A DNA stretch of 60,300 nt, filler included, from Gonapodya sp. JEL0774 (taxonomy: Eukaryota): the NCBI GenBank assembly GCA_027604505.1. It is 14 parts of 14 records of this genome, joined end to end, with 100 filler letters (N's around TTAATTAATTAA, not from the genome) between each part and the next. Parts side by side here need not be neighbours in the genome. Positions count along the whole stretch, not along the records: positions 34,587 to 38,797 come from JADIIX010001018.1; positions 38,898 to 43,108 come from JADIIX010001019.1; positions 43,209 to 47,416 come from JADIIX010001020.1; positions 47,517 to 51,721 come from JADIIX010001021.1; positions 51,822 to 56,012 come from JADIIX010001022.1; 9 more parts are not named here. One strand, given 5' to 3'. The notes beneath the pieces are model-generated. The model ran no database searches. It worked only from the letters and a program-made list of their open reading frames with translations, and had not been told where the DNA came from. Shown here in pieces: positions 36,687-52,337 of this stretch (position 1 is its first letter; every line of letters begins with the position of its first letter). The position numbers were made by a program, and so were the translations under genes.

Positions 36687-38797
36687 ATGAAGACGGATGG
36701 AATGCACCGCATCCCCACTCCCTCAGTCTGCACTCGCGACTGTCCCTGCGCAGTCTGCAGAAAATCACGCCCACCCAACCCTCTTTGTGAGTATGGCACC
36801 ATGCACTTTGAGCGTCTGTATGGTAGGCACTTAACCTACGGTTGGTTCCTCGAGCCAGAACTGCACTGAGGGCGTGATCCCTGCCACACAACACGATAAA
36901 CTGCTCCTGACCACCACACCGGCTCTGGTGCGAACGACTGTGGAATATGAACGAGAACAGCATCTCTGCAGAGATAAAAGGTGGGTGCAGCATGACCTCG
37001 TTCCGGCCCACCTTACTTCTCAATGTTCACGTGCTTGCCAGCTTGATTGATTGGGTGTCGCTGAACGGGCCCCCGGCTTTGGCCAACCTCCCCAGCTGCC
37101 ACCCACATGGCATCAACCATCTTACCCGCGCCTAAAGCGCTCTCTCTCTCGAGAAAATCTGTCTCTCTCTCATCACTGGGAAGAAATGCAACCGCCTGCC
37201 CAGCTGCAGCTACAGCCACCCAGACCCATCGTCACTGACACCAGACCAGATCACGGCACTTGGCGAGCAGTTTTTCAACCACCTCAAACAATCTGACAAC
37301 AGCGCCAGGGCATCCTTCCGCACTGGTACCTAAGCTGCCAGCCACACCCAAACCCCTCACAAACAGCCCTGCACCGACAGTGATCATGCCCCTCGCAACA
37401 GTGGCTCTGGCTCCTCAGCCAAATCCACGATCACCGACCTATCTCACCAGGTTACAAACATGGGTTAGGGTTAGCTTGTGAATCTGGAGCACCACATCAG
37501 CACTGTTGCCTCCTCAGTCCACCCTATCGCCGTCACCCTCCCCAATCTCACTGCCAAGCAGGATGCCCTGAACGACGTCCTACAAAAGCTAGTTCTCCGT
37601 CTGGATATGCTGGAGGCAAACATGGTTACGCTAGGAATAGAGGAGAACCACAAGGACACCGATGTCATCATGCAGAGCGGATCAAACGCTGGCGGGAAGT
37701 GAAGCAGGACTCTTTGGGAATCAAGTAAAGTTAGTTTTATTTTATGTTTAAACCCCCTTCCCTGCAGGCATAATCCCATCAGGACTTCCCCTTTGGACAC
37801 TTGTTGGGTGATTACATTGGCCTCATATAGTATAACATCATCTATTAGTCCTAGCCTTATTTCTGTCAACTGGCCAGCTCGGGCTTTGGAATACATGGGG
37901 GGCGGAAATGCCCCTCTTACGAGCCTAATCTGAGCGAGTGCAGTGTGTGCAACGGTAAAGATATCACATGTCTGTGTAAGAAAATCTGTTAGCAGATATC
38001 TATGTGGGGTTTGAAGGAAAGTGCTATATGCAGGAAACTGAAACTGCACAACCACCATATTCTCAATTGTGTGTGTGACTGCCACCAAACCAAGAGCACG
38101 TACAGTCAACAGGCTCATAGTGGTTAAAGATGAGAATACTGGACTGTGGACTCAAAGAAGGATTAATCAATTCTTTCGCAGGATCATTGGTTCTGGAAGG
38201 AGTAGTTTGTGAAACATTCTTGGTAGTGTCAATCTCCTCAATGTCACTGCATGCACAATGATGAATGTTTGCAAACATGAGAACAGGAGAGGGCTAGTGG
38301 AGTTCTTTCAGGATTACCTTCCAGTAATTGCTGAGGCAAAACTCCTCTCTCTACAAAAGTTGCTTTATGCGGAGACGTGGTTTTTCAGAAGGGAGCATGT
38401 AAATAGAACTCAATATTTGCAAGATAATGGTGGATCAATCGTTAGAGTAGACTAAGAAAAGTACTGTTCTGTAGTGATCAATGACAAATGAAGGAACCTA
38501 GTGTATGGATTTGCCTTGTGTGCGGGGCTTGGTCACATTAAGAAGAGCTTCTCATTAGCAATCTTCACTCTTGAAGTTTGTGGTTTTGATTTTCTACTTA
38601 GTATTCAAACTAAAATCTTTTAAGCATAGCACCCTGCAAATATTAGTTCTTGAATCAAGGTGAAGATTCCAGTTCTTTGAATCTCCTTGCTGGGAAGCTA
38701 TCCAAATGAGATTTTAGGGATGTAGTGGGGCTGTCACTACGTATCGATCTCAGCCCTCTATGATGGGATGGTGGCCTAGTGATAGGCCTGGAGTGTG
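36687..38797 (+). mobile_element. Decayed retroelement-like sequence: ORF1-like frame with CCCH finger and coiled coil, then a second broken frame
   Basis: Reading through stops gives CLSLITGKKCNRLPSCSYSH (C-x8-C-x5-C-x3-H) at ~37159-37220, then QDALNDVLQKLVLRLDMLE ending at 37702. Confidence 0.4.
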
Positions 38798-38897
38798 NNN
38801 NNNNNNNNNNNNNNNNNNNNNNNNNNNNNNNNNNNNNNNNNTTAATTAATTAANNNNNNNNNNNNNNNNNNNNNNNNNNNNNNNNNNNNNNNNNNNN

Positions 38898-39854
38898 CGC
38901 TCACCAATCCCGCAAGCGCTCCCGCCAACACCACGACTGCGTCGTCGAACGCGATGATCCACCCTATATAGAAGTAAAACTGGCTTGCGATCCGCAACCG
39001 AGTCGACTCCTCTCGGTAACACGCTTGTGGGTCGTAGTCGTCCTCGAGGCCGAACCACACGTAACAGCCGAACCCTTGCCACGCAAGACGGGCGAGGATC
39101 CACAGGGTGATCAGAGTCCATTTGATCCGAAATATGTCGCGGGCTAAGAGAGAGGGTGTGGAAGAAAGCGGGTGTCAAGAAGCGTACTCCCAGGTTGAGG
39201 AACAGGATGAGGAACATGGTGATCGCTTCACCTGCCCATCTGGACTTCTCCTTGAGCAACGAAGCATTATGAACCAAGCATGCTTGCAAGGACGTCAGCA
39301 AAGCTCCGAAGAACACCGTTGTGGAGAGGACCAGTTTGAGGATCAAGAACAAACGGAGCACACGAGGGTCGCACAAGGTCTTCTTCTGTCGTATGTTGTC
39401 AGAATTGAGGAAGATAGGTGGATCGTCAGGTCCGGCGAGAACAAGAGGCACGGTAATGAGGACTGGAGACAACTGAGAAGAGAGGTGAGAAGATAGTCAC
39501 GTTTCGTGTGCATTCAGTATGGGGTTCGTGTTTTATAAGGGGACAGTGGGAACAACTTACCCCTAGTGCAACCAAGGCGACAATTCTCACAACAAAGATC
39601 CAAAGTTTTGAGTGGCTTTTCGACGAGTTTGGCTTGGTGCCAATCGGTTCAGGAACTTTTATCGTCATAATTGGGCCGAAAGATTGCAATTCGTGGGCAA
39701 GGGCTGACGAGGGTGCTCTGGTCGAGTCAGACATTGCCAGTGATGTGCGACCTTCCACTTCGAGTAGTGACGACTGAGATTGGTTCTCCGGGATGATTAC
39801 ACCCGGCGGAGCAGCTTCAGCTGCATTGATCACAAGAGATAGCCGCAATCGCAT
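38898..39854 (-). CDS. Multi-pass membrane protein, unknown family, 3'-truncated
   Basis: Exon 1 ends LWIFVVRIVALVALG|GTAAGT, followed by several hydrophobic segments. Duplicated at 11396-11962. Confidence 0.6.
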
Positions 39855-42591
39855 GAGTCAGGTGTTTTGACTATTCACAAAAGATTCAGAATTTGTGGCG
39901 GCAAGTATTCGGCAGTGCCGACGCCACTTCCACTTCATTCCCGTGTGAAAACTTGTTTGACACTGTCCGCCGGCCCCTGAGTCACCCCACGTGGTGAGTC
40001 TTGACTCGTTGCCGGAAGCCAGAGACCCAGTGCCCGCAGTGATACAGCCACAATGCCCTCACGTTTCACTTTGTTGTAAAACGGTGAAACTCACCCCGAG
40101 AATCATCAGTATTTGGAGGTGTTGGTTGAGGGTCCAATCCATCGATCACCAGAAGTGTTTGGCTTCGACCATGGAGCCCGTTCTCTGGCGCAGTGGTCGA
40201 CAGTTGGTCTTGTAGATTTGAGGTGTGGGAGTCGACTCCGGAGTCTGAGAAGGTCGAAGAATGGAATCATGGATGAAGACATGTTGACAAAATCCATTTG
40301 ACAACAGAAATCAGGACGAACATTTTGCTGCCGATCCAGTCGCAGAATACTTGATGGTTTTCATTTCAGCGCAACGATTCGCAGAAGGGAATACAAGAAT
40401 AGCTGTGTCACTCTCAGTGTCCACAGAAGTCGGAGTGATGTTCAGGTTCTGCTGAGGTGAACACAGCCATTCTCGGAAGCTGTGGTTGGACAACACTGGA
40501 CGTATTTTTCAACCATTCAATGGTGGAATATCTGGGGGTTATTAGGGGAAATATCGCGTTCTGTTTCCTCTAATAATTACGGTAATCATATGAACCGCTC
40601 TACAAAATCCACGCGGACGCGGAGGGCGCCCATCCTACGCTCTCGCTGCCATTGATCGTCACATATAAGCTCTGTGCCGCTGTCCCCCAGCCATGCTCGC
40701 CGTCCTCATTGTTGACGTGTCCCAGGCAACCCCACGCCATCCGCCACCCTCCGTATGCCCTGAGGACGAATCAGGTCAATTTTCTTCCGCGATTCATCAA
40801 TATAATTGATCATTGCTTGAGCCACGTGCTCTGATCTTCAGGATTGGTGCTGGAAACGGCTGGCGAGCTTGCTTGTAGGTTGGGGAACCAGGGACGTTTC
40901 CGGCACTCGGAACAATCCGGGCACCACACAATTCACACGGAGGCTTTGATCTATGTATGTTATGGTGATGGGTGAGTTACAAGCTCTCTGCGCTTCTCTC
41001 CGTACCTCCGCGTTGTGTGCGTCAAGTCCATATTTTCTCCTGCAGGAGAAATTTTCTGAAATAGACAAATAATGAACAGTGAACTTACAGCAGCTACAGC
41101 ATATAGAGTTTCCATTGCAGACACACAAATACATTGTATCCACTGCACTGTGTCCATCTATCCAGTGGTAGCAATCCCAGAGGACATGCCACAGGATGAC
41201 ACCTCTTGAAATCCAGCAGTGATAAATCATAATCCTTTCTTTAATTGTTGCTGGGCAAGAGGAATCACGAAAAATTGTTGCGAAGGCAGCCACTAGGGGG
41301 AGACCACTCTATCAGAACATTGCCACCTGATGTTGGACAACGACGGCAGACACCTACACATTGTGTGTGACCACCATTATAGGTGGCGGAAACATCAGGA
41401 CATACTTTGCTCCGACCACCTGGATTATCTGGATTACTCTACATCTACACCCCGTATTCCGTACTGCCGGAGATACCTGAAGATATAATGAGACGCAAGT
41501 TCACACTACGAGATTATGTCCCACCCATTCAAGCAAGATCAACATCTCGTTGGCATGCTGGTTGCCAACTAAGGAAGCACCGGACTTCTAAACAGGGATT
41601 GCTTGCTTGGCCGATTGTAGGACTTGCACAGATTCAACCACATTGAGAGCTGGCGGAAGTGAAGTGAGAAAATAGAAACTGTGAACAGGGCAATGAGAAC
41701 GGGCGGGTCGCAAGGATTCATCTTTCATGGCGAACTATGGATGTTGCAATCTCAAGATGACGTCATCCATTTTTCTCCACACCCATATGTTCGATGTACT
41801 CCCGTGTGACAACTGATTGACACCCCTTGAAATCCCAGCAGATATAGAACTGGTCTTTACTCGTTGCTGGCATGGGCAAAGAGGAATCACCGCTAGAAAG
41901 TACAATTGCAAATTTGTAGACAAACGTCACGGTAGCTAATATTGGATAGCTTAGTGACATCATCGACAATTGCCAAACATCTAGACTCTGCCTGATGTTG
42001 CTTTCCTACTGCCTATGTAGACACTAAAATCAAAACCGAAGCTGGCCAACGTTGACAGGGACAATGAACTGAAACCGGTGATGGCCTACAGAGGGCCACC
42101 AGGTGAAGTGGTTTTGGCCGCGGCAACCGTGCACCGCATGAAATTACGTATTTCACTCCTCCCTATTATGGCTGTCGGCTCGGTCGGGCGGGATACTTGG
42201 ATGCACTGTCTGAGTAACACGGGTGATTGGTGACATGAACGACGAAACGATGGATACATTGTGGGGTAAACAATTATGAATTCTGACACATTAGACATAC
42301 GCAATAGAATGTCGACAATGAAAAGCCACACCGGCCGGGTCACCGGTGCAACAAGAAACAAGATATCGAGAACGCTTGAACGCGCAACGTCGACGGAACA
42401 CGCCACACGGAACACTGTCGGTGTCCCGAGTCCCAGACTCCCGATGACAAAGCGAGTACGCCGTACGGTAATTGGTTGCACCGGCTGTGGCTTGCCGTGC
42501 GGCATGCACAGCTCAGACAGACACAAGGGTGTCAGTGTCTCGGGTGGTGGACGGAACGGTGACCGAGACGTGAGACGTCGGTCCCGGCATA

Positions 42592-43108
42592 TCACTCAAG
42601 TATCCTCTCCAGCTCCTCTTCCCACCCGTCCGCGAGGGCGACTTTCGCGTTGTTGGGGTGGGGTGCACAGCGAGGAGAAAGAGAGGTGTTGTTGTTCGGG
42701 TGGGTTTGCAGGGTGAGTGATAGGTGGTGGACAGCAGAATGAAGATGGGATCGGACAAAAGTCGTGAGTGTTTGTGAGGACCAAGGTCAACAGTAGGGAA
42801 CCACGGGTGACGGGACCACCCGCACCCTCAGCTTGGCCACACTCACGCTCGCCATTCCCGATCCCCCGCCCCCCCACACCGCTCGCGATCTCGTCTTCGT
42901 CCCCGACCAGCCCCAACTCCCTGTCCAATTCGTCGTCGTACACGGCCGCGTGTGCCTCCAGTCCTCCTCGCCCCGCAACACCTCGTCCTCCTCCCTTGGT
43001 CACCCCCCTGGAAGCGGAAGACCCCGCCTCGTCCACCTCCCCTTCCAAGTCCCACCCGTCCCCGTTGAGCGCGGACTCGATGGCGCGGGTGATGTGGTCG
43101 AGGGGGGG
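42592..43108 (-). CDS. 3' end of acidic protein (ends ALADGWEEELERILE*)
   Basis: Open exon, GTGAGT intron, short last exon. The same last codons occur at 8667-8706 in the other copy. Confidence 0.45.
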
Positions 43109-43208
43109 NNNNNNNNNNNNNNNNNNNNNNNNNNNNNNNNNNNNNNNNNNNNTTAATTAATTAANNNNNNNNNNNNNNNNNNNNNNNNNNNNNNNNNNNN
43201 NNNNNNNN

Positions 43209-43568
43209 ATACGGGAGGACATCGATGTTGGATATCGTAACGCGGGACCAACCGGCATCCCCTTTCAAAGCGGATCTCCAGACACGTTCCACCCGTTCTC
43301 TACTCGCCACTGGAGCAACCTTCCCAGTTTGAGCATCGACGTCGGCATCAACGTCTACATTTTCACCATTGTCGCTATCCTCAGCTGCTCCACCATCCGA
43401 ACGCGGGAGCTTCAAACGTCCGACTGCTACTGTGGCGTCGGGGGCGTAGAGCGACGCAGCATCAGCGTAGTGTTCAGCCGAAAGAGAAATGTATAGATTT
43501 TGCACTATTTCATGCGCAAGTTCGAGCGTGGAGTGAGGGTTGGGAAGGGGTTCGGTGCTTGCAGTCAT
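43209..43568 (-). CDS. 5' end of NTF2-like domain protein
   Basis: LAHEIVQNLYISL...AASLYAPDATV...VTISNIDVLP fits the NTF2-fold pattern. Confidence 0.55.
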
Positions 43569-44269
43569 TGTTAGAGAAATGCGGGAAGGATGCGGTACAA
43601 AAGCCAGATGGGCAGAAGAAAATGGCGTCGATGTTGAATAGGAAGGGCGTGGCAATTTGATTTTCTGTGCGTCTCCGTCGCTGCCGTCTGTCCGCCGTGT
43701 TTTTCTTTTAGGAGGTGCTCGTCCTCCTTTTGTTTCTCTCTCGGCGCGCCCTCGCCTCTTTTCGCCTTCAAATCCCGGGGGTTTGCTTCGCTGGCTGTCT
43801 CCAACGTGAGCAAATTCTCGCAATCCTCGCGTTCGGTCTCTGAAAGATCCGATTCCAAAGTTGATGGTGGGGCCAACCTAGGGAGTTGCAGATTCATTGC
43901 AGTGCGAGCGAGCAGGGGCCAGCTTCACAGTAAAACAGAGTCACGTGACTGCAATGGCGATACATATACATGTTCTCGTCGCGTGATCATGTGCGAAGCC
44001 AAAAAAAAATTGCATAGTCCTCGTCTCTGAAAGCTGATGAAGTTCTGTTGTCACTACTAGCCTCACTCGGCCAGTTGTTGTGCAAATTAAACCTGGACAC
44101 ATGCAATTGAATAATTAAATGCGTTGGGAAAATACAAAAGCGTCTGTAGTATCACATGACCGTGATGCTCGGTGCTCATAGCGTTAACGTGACTGAAGTA
44201 CGGCATAAAGTTCAACATGGGCGACATCCATACCACGGAGCAACGGGTCCAACTAGAGGTTATGGAGCA

Positions 44270-45160
44270 TCAATGTCCCGAGGATCTTCGTTTCAGCAGA
44301 GTCTCTTTCAATAGCGCGGTGACAGAGGGTGTCAAACGACCCGACCTCAGCACAGCTCTGATGTCATCGTTCGCAACACCGCCTTCAATGAGTGTTCCAA
44401 CAACTTCCAAATGTCCATTCGCGCATGCTTTGTTGAAGGCCGCGCATTTATTTGCTCGAACGTTCGCACCTCTTTCCACCAACAGGCGTGCAACGTCGGA
44501 TCGGCCAAGGCGTGCAGCACAACATAACGCCTCTCCGTTCTCACTGTGAACATCTGCTCCCATATCCAAATACAGCCTCACGAGCGGAACGTTACCCAGA
44601 GAGCAGGCTACGAAAAGCACCCATGGAATTCCGTCACTTGTCATAAAACTAGCCCCACGCTGGAGAAGGAACTCAGCAATGGCCAAGTGACCCTTCAAAG
44701 TCGCCTGGCCTAGAGGGCCGCTAGAGTTCGAGTTCACGTCTGCCCCGTTTTGCACAAGTGTTCGAGCGATATCTAAACTTCCTCCGCTGCACGCTCGTGA
44801 GAGCGCCAAATTCGTCCAAGAAGCCTCGCGAGCATATCTCAATACAAGGCGAACGACTCGTTCGGATCCGCCATCTACCGCTGCGAAGACCGAAGCTTGA
44901 CTGGTTGCAGCACCTTTCCTTAGCAAGGCCTCAACCACCTCTGGCGATGGCGACACTCTTCAGCATTCCGCCAGCAAAGTGTTAGCATTGATCGAGAAAT
45001 GGCGCAATGCTCGCGCCGCGATGGCGTTTGGATCACGCATTGCTGGTAGAAGTTGCCGACACTGTGGAGAAGTGGGGAGTCCGAGACGATGGTCCGGCCA
45101 GAAGTGGGAGACTCGGGACTGAATTTCGGGAGGTAGGGCAAGGAGTGGGAAGGAGGACAT
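44270..45160 (-). pseudogene. Ankyrin-repeat protein with F-box-like N-terminus, one in-frame TGA
   Basis: LLALPPEI start, TGA at 44960-44962, then the same frame carries about six ankyrin repeats (GHLAIAEFLLQRGA, GHLEVVGTLIEGG). Confidence 0.8.
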
Positions 45161-45373
45161 TGAGCGATGTGCGGATGGGTGGAAATGTTGAGGTGGATAC
45201 CACCAAGAAAGTTAGTTGCGTTATGGTTTGGACTTCAAACGGACTATGCTGTACACGTAGAAACCACAGCAAAAGCGCTAATACGCCTAGGAAGTCATAT
45301 ATGTACAGATCGTCCGCGAACAATTCATTAGGGCGAAATATGTACACTTGAGGATATCAGATGGAGCTAGTCA

Positions 45374-47232
<1,859 letters not shown>

Positions 47233-47620
47233 CGAACGGTGGAATTGCACACAAAGCCTGGGACCAGTGGAGCAGTGACCTTTTTGGGCGGTGGGACTTG
47301 TAGGACTGAGTGACCATGCATTATGTCATGATTGTTGTCCGTTGTTTGGAGAATAAATTTGACTGACGGTGTCATCCGTCATCATCTACTTTACCTACTA
47401 GTAAACTGGTGTTCCTNNNNNNNNNNNNNNNNNNNNNNNNNNNNNNNNNNNNNNNNNNNNTTAATTAATTAANNNNNNNNNNNNNNNNNNNNNNNNNNNN
47501 NNNNNNNNNNNNNNNNATCGTGGTTGATTGAAGGGACATTGGTGTACATTTCTCTACGGCATTTTAGATATCTCCGAACAAAATCTACGGAAACTCAGCT
47601 TTGAATCGGTTTGGCGGATC

Positions 47621-50015
47621 ATGGATCGGGAAACGGACACGGCCATCACAGTTGCCGCATTGACGTTTTTGCTAGCGTCTCTCGCTGGAGTGACTCTTGG
47701 CCAGTCAAGCGCTACCGATGCGTCTCCAAATTTCGTCGCTGGTGAGGTTCATTGGTATACCTTTCACATATGTCTCCCACTTTACCCTCTCTATTTCTGT
47801 ATCATGTCATCCAAAGATGTCATAAGAGTCACCGGACCGTTTTCTGGATTGTCCCTGCTTCTGACCTTCGCAGCACCGGCAGGCGACCTGCGGCTCCTGT
47901 CAGGATCTCCTCCACTTCCACAGGGTGGTCTCGAAACCCAACTCATCGTCTACCAGCCAAATTGTACCGACCTTCTGCGCAATGTATCCTCGAGCGATTT
48001 TCTCGAGATTGGAATCCCGCAACTTGGCACGCCGTACTTTCTGGGGGTACCGTTCACTGTGTTGGTGAACAATCTCACTAACCTTTGCGCCTCAAGTACT
48101 GCTGATCCAAGTGCTCGGATTGAGCCCACCACAATCCTTTCTCGCCTTCTTCCACCTCTCTTGAGCCTGAATACTGTTGCGGCAGTCGTCTTCACTGACA
48201 TCATCTACCCCGAATCGCTCATTCTGCCAGGCGCTATATGGGGACGGGCTTCCAAAATCAGAGCTGCTTCCTCTCAAACTTCTGGTCTATTGACGTATAT
48301 CCCTTCACTCTCCAACCTCGTCGTCCCTCAGACCACCTCATCATCTCCTTTTCCACCTGTCGTCGCCGCGGACCCAGTCTCCAAGCCTGTCTTTTGGATT
48401 GCTGATCGTGCTCCATCCTCCTTTTTGCCATCGTACTATGGTATTCCGCGTTTGTCGACCACTCAATACTCTTCGCAAGGGTCTGCGTTCATTGTCACCA
48501 TTGGCGGCGTCAGTTTGGGGAACGTTGCGCAGGATGGACTGTCCAAGAGCGCTTCCTTGACAATTTCATCTGTTGTTCTGTTTGCAATCGTGCTCTTAGG
48601 TCTTGTGTTATATATTTGGTCAATGAGGCGGCGGCGAGTGAGTATCCCGTTGAGTTCTTGAAGAGCGGTGCGGCGGCAACACGAAAGACCTGTACTGGTG
48701 TACAATTTTCATCATCGTGGATTGGTGTGTTCTCACAAACGATCTCTCGAATTATCCGCAGATGCTCCTCGCTCTCCATCTAAGTCGCCTTGAATCGCTT
48801 CGCACAACTCACCCGCACCTGTACGCCTCCCTGGTCGAGAACACTGTGCTGGACCATGGTACTCGCACAGTGGATCCTCGAGTCTTGAACCAGTGGAAAC
48901 CGTGGGCATGGAAGGATGGGGATAAAACTGAGTGGGAGGAAGCAGGAGCTATTGCTGCACCAACAATCGAAGCTGGAGCTCTCACGGATTCCAAGAACTC
49001 CCAAACTTCCAGATCGACAGAGGATGATTTTGTGGCAATTGCTCCGGCTCCGTCTTTGCCACGATCCTCAACGGCACTCCCCTCTGGAACCTGCCCGATT
49101 TGCCTCGACACCTACCATCCCACCTCCCTTCTCCGTCGTCTTCCATGCGCCCACTCCTACCACCAAACATGCATCGATGAATGGCTTACCACAAAGCGTG
49201 GGGTTTGCCCAGTTTGTCGTACCGACTACACAGCCGGTGGGGAATGGTTTGCGAGGGAGTATCCTCAGGGATTGCCTCCGACAGAGACTACCGCGAGAGA
49301 GGATGTGCCTTGGTACAGTGTGGCTGCAGAAGTCATGACTGGTGGGCTACTGGGCCGGACGAGAGAGCAGAGGAGGGAACAGGAGCACGGAGACTTTGAA
49401 ATGACAGAGCGGGCAGCTGGAAGAGAGGTCGGCGGTGGATCAGGCTTCTTTTTTGCGTCAGGCGAGAATGTTGTCGATGGAACAAGTGCGGAAGGGAGCA
49501 TCCTGGTTACGCCTGCACCAGCAGTTCTTGTCACCATCTCCCCCGTCGATCGTGTCAATCCAAGAAGTGAAACTGCTCGAGATCAAGATGAAATAGCACC
49601 CTTACAACCTGACATAGCATCTACTGACGGGCCATCTTCCACTCATGAGCTCCATCCAGAATCATCGACGACTCAGCATTCCCTCACTCCTTCCCCGTCC
49701 GTGTCAGCTCGAACATCAACCTCCAGCACCCCCCGCCCACCACCACCCCTACCCAACGCAGCTACTATATCCAACCCTGACAGGCTTATCTACTTGCTTC
49801 ACCGCCGTATTTTAAGGGAGCGTGCTCGACGTTCTACACTGGGAGGTATGTTCCCCGGTGTGGAGGAAGAAGTTGACAGAGAAATTTTGAGGGAGCTGGA
49901 CGACTGGGATCGTGAAGCGAGGAGAATGGGCGCTACTGTGAGGAGTCCGTTAACAGCAGCTGCTGGTGAAGATGTCGATAGAAGTGGTCGATTGATTCTG
50001 GGGTTCAGATTCTGA
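47621..50015 (+). CDS. Membrane-anchored RING-H2 E3 ubiquitin ligase (signal peptide, lumenal region, TM, RING)
   Basis: Hydrophobic leader, TM VVLFAIVLLGLVLYIWSMRRRR, then CPICLD...LPCAHSYHQTCIDEWLTTKRGVCPVC. Confidence 0.88.
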
Positions 50016-50340
50016 TGATATATGTGATTTCTGAGATTGAGTATCCGTTGATTGCATAATACGGTATGTTAGAAGTAATCTTTTGTGCAATATGTAGCAT
50101 TGTTGGAATCATGTGAATGGACCACCTCGGCAACGGCCGGCGACCTTGGCTTTGAACGTCCATTTCACTCGTTTAAAATGTTTGTCGTACGACAAATAAC
50201 AAGCACAAAAGTGGAATGGGGCAGCTTCCAGGCAAATGATCAGCGCAGGTTCAAGAAATAATGAGGCGCAGCAGTGCCGTGGGAGGCGGCAACAGAGTTG
50301 CTGAGAGTTCTGGCCCGAGTCAATGAAAACTTGAGTTCGC

Positions 50341-51721
50341 ATGGCCGCAACGACCCCTTCAACCACGCCAGCCCCCCCGACTCCGTCTCCACGCCCGTCC
50401 ACCCCGGCGCAGGAGGGGTTGAAGGCGCTTTCCGTCGGAAACTTGGGTATGACTGACACACCGCTCTGTTGTACCGTTTTCGGCAACACCATGAACCCTT
50501 CCTCCAATTGCCCTCTGCTTTTCGCGGGTGTGTTTTGTAGACCCTCAGGTCAATGTACAAACTCTTCGGGATTTCTTCAGCGCGGTTGGTATCGTGACAC
50601 ACGCGCGGATTGTAGCACAGGACAGGAATGTGAGTGTCAAGAACGAATATTGCGAAGGGAGCGGATCAGTTCCCCAAATCCTGGATAGTGGGCAAGAGGA
50701 AGTAGTTTTCAGGGTCTGATTCGGCCAAATGGAAGTTGTGAATCACGTGGGGGACAAAAGGCTGGGGGACAGCGAAGGGTAGAGCAGGGGAGCACACCTA
50801 GCTCCCACGACAAAAGCGGTGTAAACAATGAAGCTTCGACTGCTTAAGGTGCTCAGATGTCGGAAGCTCGCCTCCAGCGGTGATTGATGATGCATAGTGT
50901 GTGCTTCGAGTTTGATCCACACATCGACTCTCCTTTCCTCACAACGAACGCGAGCGCCGTTTTGAAAAGTCAGAAAGTTAACCGACGCTTTCATAACAGT
51001 ACCAAAATCCCGTCAACTTTGCCTTTGTGGAGTTTCGCGACCGAAAGAGCGCCGAAACTGCTCTGTCTACACTCAACGGCCACAAGCTCTTCAACCAAGT
51101 AGGTTGATCCATCATCCCATATGCGACATGTCCCAGGCAATCTTAATTTTTCGTCAACCTCTCAGGAAATCCGGCTCAACTGGGCCCCTCAGAACCACCA
51201 ACCTTCCGGGCGCGAGGATTCGTCGTTCAGACCCCTCTTCAAGGTTTTCGTTGGGGATTTGAACTCCGATGTAACTGACGACATGCTTGGAAGAACATTC
51301 GCTCAGTTCGGGAACATAGCGTGGGTCGAAGTGCTGCAGCTCGAAAGTTTCCCCGTCAAGCTAAGGATGATTTCTAATCACAACAGAGAAGCGAGGGTAA
51401 TGTGGGATTCCGGGACCGGTAAGTCACGAGGCTATGGATTTGTTGCCTTTCGATATCGGCAGGTAGGTCGCTGTCCCTCCACGAGCATGCGGGAAACAAC
51501 TCCATGCCACAACCCAAGTCCTCTCACTGACATCTCTATGTCTGAAACCGCAGGACGCCGAACGCGCCATCAACACCATGAACGGTCAACTCTTTCTGGA
51601 CCGTCCCATACGCGTCAACTGGGCGAATCCACGCTCCGCAACTGACCCAGGCAGTCCAGCGTGGAATTCCCGGACGTTCTCGGGACCCGGTGGACATCCA
51701 GGGGTTTATGGACCACATCAC
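50341..51721 (+). CDS. PUB1: PUB1/TIA-1-like multi-RRM protein, 3'-truncated
   Basis: ALSVGNL...NFAFVEF...EIRLNWA; FKVFVGDL...EARVMWDSGTGKSRGYGFVAF...IRVNWAN. Confidence 0.85.
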
Positions 51722-52337
51722 NNNNNNNNNNNNNNNNNNNNNNNNNNNNNNNNNNNNNNNNNNNNTTAATTAATTAANNNNNNNNNNNNNNNNNNNNNNN
51801 NNNNNNNNNNNNNNNNNNNNNCGAACTGTAATACTTCCATCACAGAAGTCAGAAACATGACATCTCGTGTCCATTACAGTGAGGATCGAGTATGCGCAGC
51901 CCAGGCACACTCCGACGTCGCGGAGCTGGTGCACGAGCTGAACCCCCCAGCAGGCGCCTGTCGAGCACTCGCACGATTCTCCTCCTCAACAACAACAAAT
52001 CCACACTCCCTCAATCACTCCTCCACTCTTTTTCGGGCCCGCGAAACCCACTCCGGCCGCGGCGTCGACCGGGGAACAGCCGGGAGATGAATGGTCTGGT
52101 GCGGCTACTGCAGGGGTACCACCGTGTCCCACCAGCAATGAGACTGAGACTCCATCCACGCACAGTGCAGTACGTGTCGAGGAGGGGCGGGAGGGATACA
52201 GGAACAGGGGGTTCCCGGTGTGGGAGGGGTACGCTTCTCTCGCACTCCGAGTCCCCCCACTCCCCGTGCACAAACCCTTCCCCGACCGTTTCCCCTTCTT
52301 CCGTCCATCATTTCCACCCTTTGCCTCAATCCCCACA

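Noticed and set aside
37462..37475. GGGTTAGGGTTAG telomere-like motif
   Set aside because: Only two units, inside a decayed ORF.
8667..42631. Giant inverted repeat flanking a 27-kb element
   Set aside because: The two copies are on separate contigs, so orientation and spacing are arbitrary.
44960..44962. In-frame TGA as selenocysteine or recoding
   Set aside because: Not at a redox-type site, and TGA ends normal genes here (e.g. 50015); a nonsense mutation is simpler.
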